From assembly GCF_023055435.1 (NCBI RefSeq), contig NW_025963802.1, positions 23,250,001 through 23,314,000 of the forward strand: a stretch of 64,000 nucleotides of DNA, read 5' to 3'. This DNA comes from Haliotis rufescens (taxonomy: Eukaryota). Shown in pieces: positions 10,621-22,448 of the stretch (the first letter of the stretch is position 1; each line of letters opens with the position of its first letter). The notes below the pieces were generated by a model that made no database searches, was not told where the DNA came from, and saw only the letters and a program-made list of their open reading frames with translations. The translations under genes and the position numbers were made by a program.

Positions 10621-13600
10621 GTGACATCCATTACATGTCAACTGTGCGTGGCTCGCTATGCGTGTAGTCAATGTGAATTTTTCCTACACTTGGAAACACT
10701 CCGACTAGATATAAGCGTGTTAAGACACGTCCTTTAAACTGTAAGCAATGATCTCAGAGGTGGCCACGCAGTACAATTCATACGCCCTAGCCCAGCATAT
10801 ATCAGCGCGTGATGCTCTTCTCGATGCTATGAACATCCTTTGATACTTTAACTAATTCGCAAGTGTCAATCGTCCCATTTCTACAGTTATCCAATACAAC
10901 TCAATGAGAAATAAAATAAGCAGACATTTTAGTTTTTTGTCGTCGAGCAACGCGCAATAGTCCCAACGTTTGCCGGGACAGGTAGGTTCACCAGTACCGC
11001 TACATCTCTATTCCACACTGATCAAACAGACTTGGAGAACTACAGGAACTGCTCTCAGACTATTTCACTAGAGTGTATTCCAGCGGTCTTGGCGTGGGAT
11101 GAGGCTACGGTGCCATGTAAATCGACCGGTTTCATCTGAACGTGATCTAAGTAGTGTTACATGATGTGTTTTGTTACAGGGATTGGGAAGGATACTATCC
11201 ACATTTGGACATCATTTTAATTGTTCATCTCATAAATTCTATCTCACACGCTCAAATATTATTTCCCTTTTTAGGAAAATGTACTTCGATATATATTGCC
11301 GTCGCCGCTGAACAACGTTCTTTAATTATCAATTACATAAGGCTACATTTGCTTAACCGGACATTATATAATGTATTACCCGTTGACATCATTGTTAGCA
11401 ACTGACTATATAAGAACACATTATGCATTGTTTTGAATGATTCATTCACAATATTCTTATCTCATGGCCTCCATTTCCTTTTATACTCTGTTACATATTT
11501 AGGCAATGCTGTGCTCAACTGCTTGCATTTCACAACACAATTCGAAAAGTAATTCAATTTATTTGTTTCAAGGAAATTCAGTCATAACACTGGTAACACT
11601 CGGTCACAGTTAAATTACAACGCAATTATTTTATTGTTCAAACTGTTGTCGCATAAGCGCGTTACATCCGTTTATCTTGACCCACGTGTACACAGAGACT
11701 CGCTACAGAAATCAGGATACATTCCGGGAGAAAATGCTACTGGTCACATTCGGCGCAGACTTGAAGGTACAAGACTTGCGTCACTGACTACGGGAGAAAC
11801 CACAAAGCAACGCCAGTAAAACCGTTCGGATTTTCCGAAAACGAAAATGCTGGTTTTGTTGCTTTCTTCCTTGTCCAGGGTTTAGACGGGCACAGCCCCG
11901 GACGGTGGCGGCTTCTACACATGACGCGATGGGCTTTTGCCCGCTTTCTACTTCTCAACATTTCATAGAAATCTTTATGTTCGAATGCATTGACTTTTCA
12001 AATAGTCTGACTGATTTTCGATAGGTAGAAAAAAAACATTTAAGTGAAATGTCGTTACGTGCAGTCACTACGCATATTCTTTGAACATGTTACAATTATT
12101 TTTGCGTTTTGTACTGAAAAGATGATAATTTAAAGATTAATTAATTGCTAGAAAAGTGCAACAATGCACAGTTTGTAAAAAGGATGCCATGTAGTCACGG
12201 TGAGGCCACACACGATAGCGCCTTCCCAACATTTACATATGATCATGTCAAGTCATCGATAGCTCCATTACTCTGAAGTAGTTGTGCAAGTAGTACAGAC
12301 CCCTAATCCCTGATTGAACGGGTTGGCCGGCCACTTGAAGGATTACACCTGTTCTTACTGTGTGTTTTAGGGGGTGTTGCCTACCCGGGGTAGGCGGCGG
12401 TTGCCGGGCCGGCCTCTGTGAACATCAAACATTGTGACACGGCACTTACAGGGGTCAATTAGAAACACATTGTGTCAAGGGCTGACACAGCACTAGTAAC
12501 GTAGATATAACCGTCTTTACTAAATAGCTTTAGTTTGGATATAGGGCTTCAGATATGTGTAAATAAAAGAGTTGGTTGTTGTGGGATATTGACGACTGTT
12601 ACAAGTGTCGACTGGTACAGCGATGAAGTTGTGATTTATCATCGCGTGGCAATATTTCGGACAAATATCGACTTTTGGTGATATAAGGGCAAAGGGCGTG
12701 ACACAAACATGGCGTGTGATGTCCAGGTCAGTTTATAGTAATAGCTTACTAACGGAAATCATTTCAACTTATCACTTTAGTGGTTGTGGGACGAAAATAT
12801 CATCTAAAACCATGATTGTGGGAAGCATCACTTACTATGATACAATTTTATTTATGTCAGTAAGAATAAACCCCTTCACCATCACCATCCCATCCCCAAC
12901 CTAACTCCAAACCCCACCACCCATACACCCTACCCTCCAACACATTAGCGACCCTCATTCTCCCTTTCCAAGGTGTTACCATGCACGTGATTTATCTGGT
13001 GATTATCCCCCTACTCTCGGGGTTATTTGCACGTGCAAAGTTTATTTGTAAATCACTTGACTTGTGAAATTGACAAGAGTGTTGACACATAGGCGGCCCT
13101 GTGTAATGTCGATTTCAATTAAGGGAAGCGAGCGTCGCGAGTCATGTGATTTAATTATACAATATTCTCGAAGTACCCGATACCTAATTCCAAATTAGAA
13201 TTTCAGCATGGCGATGTTATATAGATTGCAACATCACCACATAATTGTCAATAGATACGCACATATAAATTTATGAAATATCTATTAAAATTATCAGTGG
13301 GCTGCTAACTGAAAAATAATTGCAGGTCCCAGTATCTGGCTGTATGTACCGCGGGCATTCCAAGCCGTACCATTTATCAAACAGTTTAATATTGTATATA
13401 CTGGGGGTTAGTTTGATGAATTGGGGTTACATAGGATACTAGATACCACTCGAAAGCAGAAGTTATCTCACGAATATGTTAAATATAGCCACCTCACGCA
13501 CTGTCGATTTCACGGGCACGATAACCCTGTAATATCCCACGATTGTTATCACCAGAGCTGTCAGAATCATAAACGAGCTTACGCTGGGTTTACGGCGGTG

Positions 13601-16600
13601 AGGACGCGCACGTTGGTGACGAGGGGTGTTTATATCACGAGCAAGAATGCCTTTATATACAATTTAATAGTTTAGCAATACACTAAAGTACCTGCAATGA
13701 TGCAAATTAATGTAATTCCTATTATTTTCATATTCCCTTCTTTAAACAGGTTTAGTAAACAACGCATTCGAGACGTCACCTTGGAGTATGATTGTTGTTG
13801 GAATATCTTCTACAAATGTAGCTGAACACCTCCACACACAACTATCTAAGCTACGTGCATTGTAATTATGTTGTTAAGCGTCTTATTGAAATTTCCTGCT
13901 GCGAAAAAATGAGTTCATTAAATGTAGAGCTTTATAGATGCAATTAATTAAATTGATTAGAATATAATGAGGAATTTAATTTGTAGATTTTCATCGCGAC
14001 CGTGCTGGAACAAAAGTGACATCCCGTTATTGCTACAGAAAAAACACACATTTTATTCTGGTTGAATTCTAAAACCAGCGCCAAACGTTTCTCATAAAAT
14101 CAAGGTTTAAACTTCCTGATGGTTTTATTGCATGTTGTGCTTGTTAAGGCGTAATTGAAACGTTTTTAAACTTCAACTATAATCAAAACGTTTTACTTCT
14201 AAACAAGGTTGACACGGCATATATCTAAATTGGAAATGTGCTCAACGGCAGACAAAATGTGATTAGTGAGGGGGATGCATAATCCAGCACTGATGTACCC
14301 AATAAGCAAAACAAAATGGAGCTTGTGTTCAGTGATTGATAATTTACCAGATAATAGTATAACGGCGTAAGAAAATATTGATCTATATAAACATGCTGGC
14401 AAGAACATTCGAGTGCATTACATTCGCCAGTCTTAACGACAATCTAGAGACAAGTTAGTCAAATCTTTCATTGACCATTCAGAGTAAGTTTAAAATAGGG
14501 TTTGTTTATTTATTGGGCTAATAGTTTTAATAAACCCTTAAAAATTCATTGATAGAAAATAACATTTAATACATTATTAATACACCTGTATCCGAACGGT
14601 ATTTCTGAAAGACGCTTACAGAAATATGACTTTTAGCATCTTTCGATCAAATGTTATTACCAAATTTAGAAACTGATTCAGTGTAATCGATTCATCTCGC
14701 CCTTTTGTATTCTGGAAAAAACGTTTTCCTGGTACAGGTAAGTCTGACAATTTGTAATGATGTAATTCGTGCTTTATTAGTACATTTCCTCCTGTATAGC
14801 TCTACTACACAGAGGCACACAGGAAACCACACAATAGCACTGACACGTGTTCATTTCATGTCAATTTCATGTTAACTGAAAGGGACATCCTCGTTGGCGT
14901 CTTCAACAGGTAGCTATTTCAATGATGTATGTAGAACCGATATAATATACTGGTCGGTAATATATTGGATAAGGTATCATATTATAATATACTATATTAC
15001 AATTAATTCGGTGAATGTTTTATGTACCATCAGCTGTCAATATCGCAAAGAACTACGATGCACATTGATATATCAATGTGGTATATATATATATATATAT
15101 TTCTCATGTCGATACCTGTCATGCATATTTCACAGTTGTCAGTCATAAATTCAAACTTCGTCAATCCTAATCAAGTACATGGCGGTGCTTCTAAGATGTG
15201 AACACTTCCTCTGTATAAAGACGAAAGAAATATTCTAAAATAGTTCCTATATTAACCCTGGATATTTTTCACGGAAGCTAAAATCTGTTCCCAATTTCGG
15301 CGTAGCTATCCATCAAATTAAGTAGGAAAGGCGATCAAAATAAGATCATAATTGCTGATCCGTTTCTCGTGTAAGTTGCGTAGCTCCCAGCCATAAAAAT
15401 GCGCCAACTAACCCATGACGTTAGAACATACGGCACCAATTTCTTTCTGCTTCTAACTTTAATGGGATGACATATAGCTTGGTCTTCTAGAATGTAACTC
15501 GGTGCAAACACTGATTGGAGGAAGGTTGACGTTCACTTGGGGCTTTCTCTAGTGGAACGGGGCAGGCGCTGAGGTGAAATTGTTTTGAAGTTTTATTGTA
15601 GAAAGTTATACGGGAGGAATGAGTGTATACACTAGACGATGCTCATTTAGAATACCTTTCGTTGATTTCCATTTAAATGTTAGTACCAAACTAATCCTTA
15701 ATTTGTCGAAATGAATTGTTAAAACTAAACGGAACAAGTATATGACATGGAATCGCAGTGTATGGAACAGTAACCTGCCCGTGTCACACCAGTAATGAGG
15801 AATTCAGTGTCATGAGGCACAGGTCGTATGAGACAGTAGCCCCCAAATAACATATTGTTAAGATGTCTATTGGAAGTAATATCCATAATAATAATTAATT
15901 TTAAAACATATATATATAGTCTGTCCATGTTTTGCAGATTTCACAGTGCTATGGGTAATAAAAGTAATTTTATGTCAATTTGGATGCCTTTCGAAATGCC
16001 GACCATTTAAATGACCATGAACGTGTCAAAAGCAGATATCAGCACCCGGTAGCTGGTTAAAAGCTCATTCCAAAAGTTTTTTTCATACGTGCATGTAGAG
16101 ACTAATTGTTTTAGCCCGTGTCACTTTCACAGTTTTGTCACAAGAATTAGCCATGTCTTATTTCAAAGCGACTCTGTATTTAAAGCAAGCGCACACAGGC
16201 CTGCATGTTATTGGATAGTGTATGTACACTTTACCTGGACACGCATATATCGTCTCATTGATTTTAATCCGTCGTAATTTCTTCTAAGCTATGCGTTTGA
16301 TGTATTTTGGTAATATTTGTTTTATTCAAAAATATGTTGTAAACTTTTTATATTCAACGCTGTATTATACCATAACGTATATACGTGCATTTAAAACATT
16401 CATCACTTGTTCCTATTTCATAAATGAACACGTATTTCAATATTTATTTTTTAAGGTTTATAATAACTTACTAGCGATACGGCAGTGTATACGAAGGCGA
16501 TTGGTAATAACAGGAATTAATTAATAATGATAGAATGTTTCAAAACGAACAAGAGTGTCTAAATCTTTGAATTTGTTTTGAAAGAAAATTAAAGGACAAT

Positions 16601-17281
16601 CGTTTACATAGTAATTCACATTGTATTTACAAGTTTGATATAAACAAAAGTACGGCCGTTTCACCCTTTCAAAATTCCTACCATTTGTATGTGTGTCTGG
16701 TGAAGCGATCGCCGTGTGCGCAGATGCCACACACGTCTTAATGTAAATTACTGCAAGTGCGTGCTGCACGAGAAGCACGCGCGCTCGGGGAAAATTCGAA
16801 GAGGCGCGCTGTGCCTCACAATTACAATTTCTTACAAATTACACGTATTTAACCAAATTTTATGTACTTTGTGTTTTACTTGTATGCTATTAATGTTTGT
16901 TGTATTCTTTGTTATGACACTTCAGTGGATTATCCTAAAGTTAAAATAATATACACGTGGAAATATAGGTATTATCATTATTATAACCAATGTTGTTATT
17001 TTGTCGATGCTGCCGTGACCCACATAATTTCTTTAACATCTACGTGTACCCGAACATCAAAGTTTATTGTCAGGAAATAATGGATGGTCCGTATATTTCT
17101 TTTTTAACTTTTTAATCCACTGATGAAGGAAAAAGAAAGAAGGCACCAAGTCATATTTATAAGCCGCAGTAATAATATCTTTTTATGATAACGATATGTA
17201 TATCATTTACTCATATTTTGCTATTTAGATGTATAAGTTTTGACAAACCAATATTCATGTATTTTGTCGCTGTGCAAGTCA

Positions 17282-17344
17282 TTTGTTTGTTGTTGAACGC
17301 CGCACTCAGCAAAATTGCAGATCTATGACAGTGGCCTGTAAATA
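17282..17344 (-). mobile_element. Decayed 3' fragment of the headless SINE-like family (see 38172-38428)
   Basis: tttgtttgttgttgaacgccgcactcagcaa...ctatgacagtggcctgtaaata aligns with 38200-38255. Confidence 0.7.
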
Positions 17345-20067
17345 TTCATATTCATACGTTCCTGGATATGTTTGGATACATAATTCAACAATGCTCAGTT
17401 TGATCTAAAAGTCAGCAAATAATATTTCTTACGGTCTGGATTCTAATTTGGAATGAGGCGTTTCCGAATGTAGAATAGATTTGAAAGTGTCCTCGTGAGA
17501 GAAGAAAGACCCCGACCAAGCTCCGAGCCAACATTTGTCAATGATCTTTGACAATACTAGATTATGAACAGAGAATATGATCCACAATGACTTAGCCAGT
17601 ATATATCGGCCAACTGTTTCCTTGTAAAGGACGAAAGGAAAACGTCATCTCATTTGAACGTTTAGATCGGAAGGTGGTATGATATTCCGCCAGTGTGGAT
17701 CAACGCTACATTTCTTCACTTTTCTTGGCTCGTATTCACATAAGATACGTTTTTTTTAAGAATTAGCAGTTATTTCAATCAATAAAGAAATTTGAGAAAT
17801 TTGCAGATGCATTTATAATTTCCAGTCCAATTATTTCACAGATGCGCAAATATAGAAAAAAGGACAGGGAAGTAAGAATGGTTAAAAAGTTTCCGAAACA
17901 TGACGATTCCAGTGCATCCCTGCCAAGCTTTGGTCACAGGGCATGAAGTCGTTATACCACTAGATGGTATTCTGGATAAGACGGAAGACACAGTCCATCC
18001 TGTCAAGATAGAGGCTGTACGGACGGTGGTCTTTGAAAGCAATAACTCACGATAAGTAGTCAAGAAACCCATTGCTTCATCGCTATCATCCCCGGATCTG
18101 TGTATTATAAATTAATGAACAGATCCTTAGGGGCTATAAACCATGACAGGAATAATAATCAGCCCCTAGCGTGGGGGACCGCCCAATTTAGATCTACCGA
18201 CGCAGGAAGGGACCGATGTGGGTAGGAAACCCTTCCCCAGTCTTCGGCTCCCGACGAGTATTCCTTGTGGACATTCATTAAATGCTGGCCGGGTTACGAA
18301 GGGGGATATTATTGTGAATTTGGCTAATTGGATTGTTGATAGAGGCAAATACACATTGGGGTTATGGCTCCTCCGAAAACCTTACATATCATTCGCGGAA
18401 TCCGTTTAATACGGATAATGGCGCGAACAGGTTTTGTGTCGTCTGCGTCCCGGGGAGCAGACGATAGTTCTAACAGCTTTGTATATAAACTTAGTCTCTG
18501 GGTGGCAGAAATGCAGAGAAGGGTTCGTTCCATACACAGACGATATGTTGAGAATATAATTGTAGGATAAGAACGATCAGTCTGTTTGAAGTTCCACCAT
18601 CAGATAGTTCCTTCATTTTTGGCCCAGAGAAGCGATAATCATCCAGATACTGGGTCGTCTGCTATGTTTCAAGACCTACCTTCTATTGCCTTCGCCGGAG
18701 GAACAAATTAAATTTCATTTCATAGCGTCGGAGAGCGTGGCTTTTCCCAAGGGTGTGAAAAGTAACCAAAGACATATGGAAATATTGTTTGCAGTTAATG
18801 AGATGTAGTGGGCATAAACAATCTACGTAAGAACCTGCTCATTTCTTAAAAGTTTTTACCCCCTTTCGCTGAATGAAAGTCCCCGCAGTCAACTGTAAAA
18901 CGTAATTGTGTGCAAAAAATGTTATGCGATTCTGTTATCGTAAAATCTACATTTTCACAAATAAAACAAATAAACGTGTGTAGAGTTATGCGTATTCACA
19001 TGGAACTCTGTTGCGTTATTCCAGATGATATAGAAGTAGTAAGTATAAGTATTTACACGTCACAAAGACATAACGGCATTGTCAGCGATGATTTCACCGT
19101 TCTGCTTAACTATTCGCGTGTGATACATTGTAGGAAATAATGAGTGAGACAAGATGTAAAAGAGGAGGAAGCAACTCACGCGGTAATTGTATGAATCAGA
19201 ATATTTATATAAACTGACGTATTGTTGGTGCGCACTAACGTGTTTCTTCGGAAGCGTGAAGTAAAGCGATGTGTACAAATGCCATCTTTGAAACACAACT
19301 GCAGAAACATCAGCTAGGTCTAACTTAAACCTATACCCTTGTCCAGATTATCACTGGACATTCTGTTATGCAAAGTTAAAGCAACACAGTATATGTTAGT
19401 AATAGTTTGCAAACAATACGTTTAATCCTGTAACACGACATACATTCTTGAACCAGGATGTTCAAGAGAATTTGTGAAAGACAGGGTCCATATTGTGACA
19501 ATCACATGAACAGTTTTATGATACAGTATTACAAATGTCTGGAGAGGAAATACTAAAAGAATTGTGTCAACAAAGCGTTGCTCACCACTGGTCCAGGTCT
19601 GACAACACTGGATGTACGACCGGATAATCCGGTCGGGGAGACCCACGTGTTGAGAGATTGTGCTGGTCGTGTAACATCCGTGAGGTTCACTCCTGGTATG
19701 CGTCCGCTGGACAGTGTGTTATAGTGTGTTATAGTGTGTTATTCTAAACAAAGGTGCTGTAAACATGAAGTGCATCTGGTTATATCGCTGCAACTACTTA
19801 ATTCCAGCAGACGACATTCCTGACGTTGAGAGTAGACACTAGCGGGAGTATACATCACGCAACACGCAGCACACACAAGTAAGCAGAACACACAACTCAA
19901 CTGCACACATCTTTACCCTCTCTACCTAAGAACCTCTTCAGCTCATCCAAATGAATTGAATCATATCATATGAAATGAACACACACAAGGAGATGTGGAT
20001 TTCTACTAGAAGCGGCTAAGTAGAATCTTAAGTATCTCTTAATCTCTCAGAGCCCTCTCTTACTTAC

Positions 20068-20413
20068 GTTTTGTGTCGACGCTGTCGTCGTCTATGCAAG
20101 GTGTTGGCGGGGTGTGGATGACAGTGTCGAAGTCTTTTGCTGATGGGGGTGGCCCGGCACCCAGGGCAGTCCCAGGGGAGCCGCACGGCAGGGTGGTGTA
20201 TGTCGGCTGGATATGATCAAGAGTCGGAGATGCAGGACTTCCATAGATACAAGAAGCGTAATTATTCATCTGCAGTTGATCGCAAGATCTTTGCGTCTCG
20301 AAAGGAAAATTAGCAGTCGGCATAGGGAAATTCATCGCCTGATAGTCCAAGTGATTTTCGCCGACTCCGCTAAGCAGAGTCTTAACGGAAAAGTTAGAAT
20401 AATTGGAATACAT
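20068..20413 (-). CDS. NK4: NK4 coding exon 1 (start codon, TN/eh1-like motif, Pro/Ser/Thr-rich region)
   Basis: ATG in AAAATG context with an in-frame TAA 8 codons upstream. N-terminal SNFSVKTLL resembles the TN domain (TPFSVKDIL). A consensus donor C|GTAAGT at 20067-20062 leaves phase 1, and C plus CG from exon 2 gives CCG (Pro), keeping the homeodomain frame (115+1+189 = 305 aa). Confidence 0.88.
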
Positions 20414-20559
20414 TTTACAATATCCGAGGAGTTGTTAGTCTTTTGGATGCACACACAGTCTCTGTGATGTTTGTAAGCGGCAACCGACGGCTGTGATATC
20501 GTGCAGGACGATCACTTATCGGGAACGAATCTTGCAATGACAAACCCACGTACTCCTAG

Positions 20560-20840
20560 CTTCAGCCAATCAGCACGTCGCTCTCAGAGAACGGCGTGAG
20601 ACCTCCTACAGTGTGTGTAAACAGCCAACAAGTCTCAAGGACTTGCTAAGTTAGTGACCATCTCATGAATATGCATGAGCTCTATTTCTTGTCTCCGTTA
20701 CACGCTGGCTATATGCCGACAGTTTGGCCAATTATTGTCGATCACGATGTTAGTAATTTCTTCCTTGTATGCCATGTCAGTGTCTGCTCTGTCTTTCACA
20801 TACGTCGCTAAATTGTCCACAATCCTTCAAATGCAAATGG
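20560..20840 (-). promoter_or_regulatory. Putative NK4 proximal promoter: CCAAT box, inverted CAAGTC pair, POU MORE-like palindrome, octamer
   Basis: agCCAATcag at 20566-20570; CAAGTC-TCAAG-GACTTG at 20629-20645; CTCATGAATATGCATGAG at 20662-20679; ATGCAAAT at 20831-20838. All lie 150-430 nt upstream of the ATG. The TSS is not determinable. Confidence 0.45.
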
Positions 20841-22104
20841 GGAATATTTAAAATATTGATAAAACTGTGTTTAAATGGAAATTTAAAAACTTAGAATACA
20901 AATCTAATGGCATTCTCTAAAATTCCTATCGCACTGTTTCAATATTGGATCTTTCCGTGCATGTTACAAATATTTCCTCGTATTATTTTAAGACACTCAT
21001 AATATTAATATGATCAATTTTGATACTTTCATTGACATTGTATGTCACTGCATGTGAACTATCCAAAGGGTGGAAGCCTTGTATCTTTCACCAAATACTT
21101 CCTGCAATCGTAATAAAGTGATAAATGTTTGGGGTGATATCAACATTAATATATTATCAGTGGAAACACAGACGAAGCTAACAATGACCTTTATGTGTTT
21201 TCAAAGTGGCGCTACTTTGTCTAAGCTGACCAGGCAGCCTGTGTAATTACTCTGTCTAATGACTTTGATAAATCCGAGAAGCGCGAAGTCAGTTCCCTAA
21301 AACTTCGCCGAGACGGCCTCGAACACATTTCTTGATAAACCGAACAATTGAGCTCCACATACAGCGCTGTGTACCTTCCACTGCCCATTTACCTCCCACC
21401 GTGAAGGTTAGTGGTTTTTCTCAACCTCCCATCGTCTTTCCCCAGTCCCCCTTCCGACGCCCAGTGTATCGTCTGCTCCCGGAAAGTTTACCCGTTTCAT
21501 CTCCTCCTGGCCTCCTCTTTCTCTCCCCTATTCCTCCCATTTCAGGGTGATTTCTTCACTCTCCCCATACAATTGCCGTTTATCAATTGCCTTAGCATAA
21601 ATCAAGCAGGTCGTGTGTTTTTCTTTGACACATTTATCACCGCCAAAAGACTTTAAATTGGTTTCCGTTACGACTTCAGTGGTCGTGGGGAGTTCGTGGT
21701 AGATGTTTGCGGGATGGCACTGTGAGGAGTTCACATCTGGGATTGAATTCTATCGATTTAAAATCTTTTTAGTATTTTACCGTATACAAACTTTATATAG
21801 TGTGTATTTGTGCAGCACAAAATAAATCACATATTATTTAGAAATCTTGATTTTGCCACCTGTCCGAAAGTAATATTATCGAGTTAATATTTTTCTTAAT
21901 TTATTTAAAATATTTTATTGCCCTTCAGTTGCTTCTGAATATATCACAGCCGTTCAGGTGAAGATGGCAAAACGTAACGTCACCGTCTTTACAAATCTTT
22001 GTCTCCAGGAGAACTACACTAAGAATAGAAAAAACAGAAAGCAAAAATAATTTGCTTTGGAAAAAGAATTCAAAAGAGTTCTAAACAGATTTTTTTCAGT
22101 GACT

Positions 22105-22448
22105 GTGGCCAGTGAGGCGACCAGGTGATGGCGTCAATACGTTCTGGGTGTAGAGATCTTGTCCCGTGGGGCGACCACGTAATGGCGTCAATACGTTCTG
22201 GGTGTAGAGATCTTGTCCAGTGAGGAGACCAGGTGATGGCGTCAATACGTTCTGGGTGTAGAGATCTTGTCCCGTGGGGCGACCACGTAATGGCGTCAAT
22301 ACGTTCTGGGTGTAGAGATCTTGTCCAGTGAGGAGACGAGGTGATGGCGTCAATACGTTCTGCGTGTAGAGATCTTGTCCAGTGAGGAGACGAGGTGATG
22401 GCGTCAATACGTTCTGGGTGTAGAGATCTTGTCCCGTGGGGCGACCAG
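22105..22448. repeat. 54-bp minisatellite, about 6 copies, 1.7 kb upstream of the NK4 ATG
   Basis: tggcgtcaatacgttctgggtgtagagatcttgtcc recurs every 54 nt (22129, 22183, ...). Confidence 0.95.

Larger units (their letters stand above)
1557..20067 (-). other. NK4 intron, 18,511 nt, GT-AG, phase 1
   Basis: Bounded by the GTAAGT donor and polypyrimidine-ACAG acceptor above, with matching phases. Extra small exons cannot be excluded. Confidence 0.82.

Noticed and set aside
10175-10671. Repeat ORFs (SATPT, HQLHP, ADVGV) resembling mucin or antifreeze proteins
   Set aside because: All are translations of one 15-bp minisatellite open in several frames, with no supporting splice or signal features.
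17118-17145. CTGATGA...GAAA hammerhead-like core
   Set aside because: No stem II pairing between the boxes and no convincing stem I/III.
17836-18800. Cluster of short ORFs in GC-balanced unique sequence; faint resemblance (NVYLP...PF...FN) to a LINE endonuclease on the minus strand
   Set aside because: Catalytic motifs (LQET, GDFN, SDH) are not actually present. It cannot be supported without a profile search (tBLASTn/HMMER against TE proteins).
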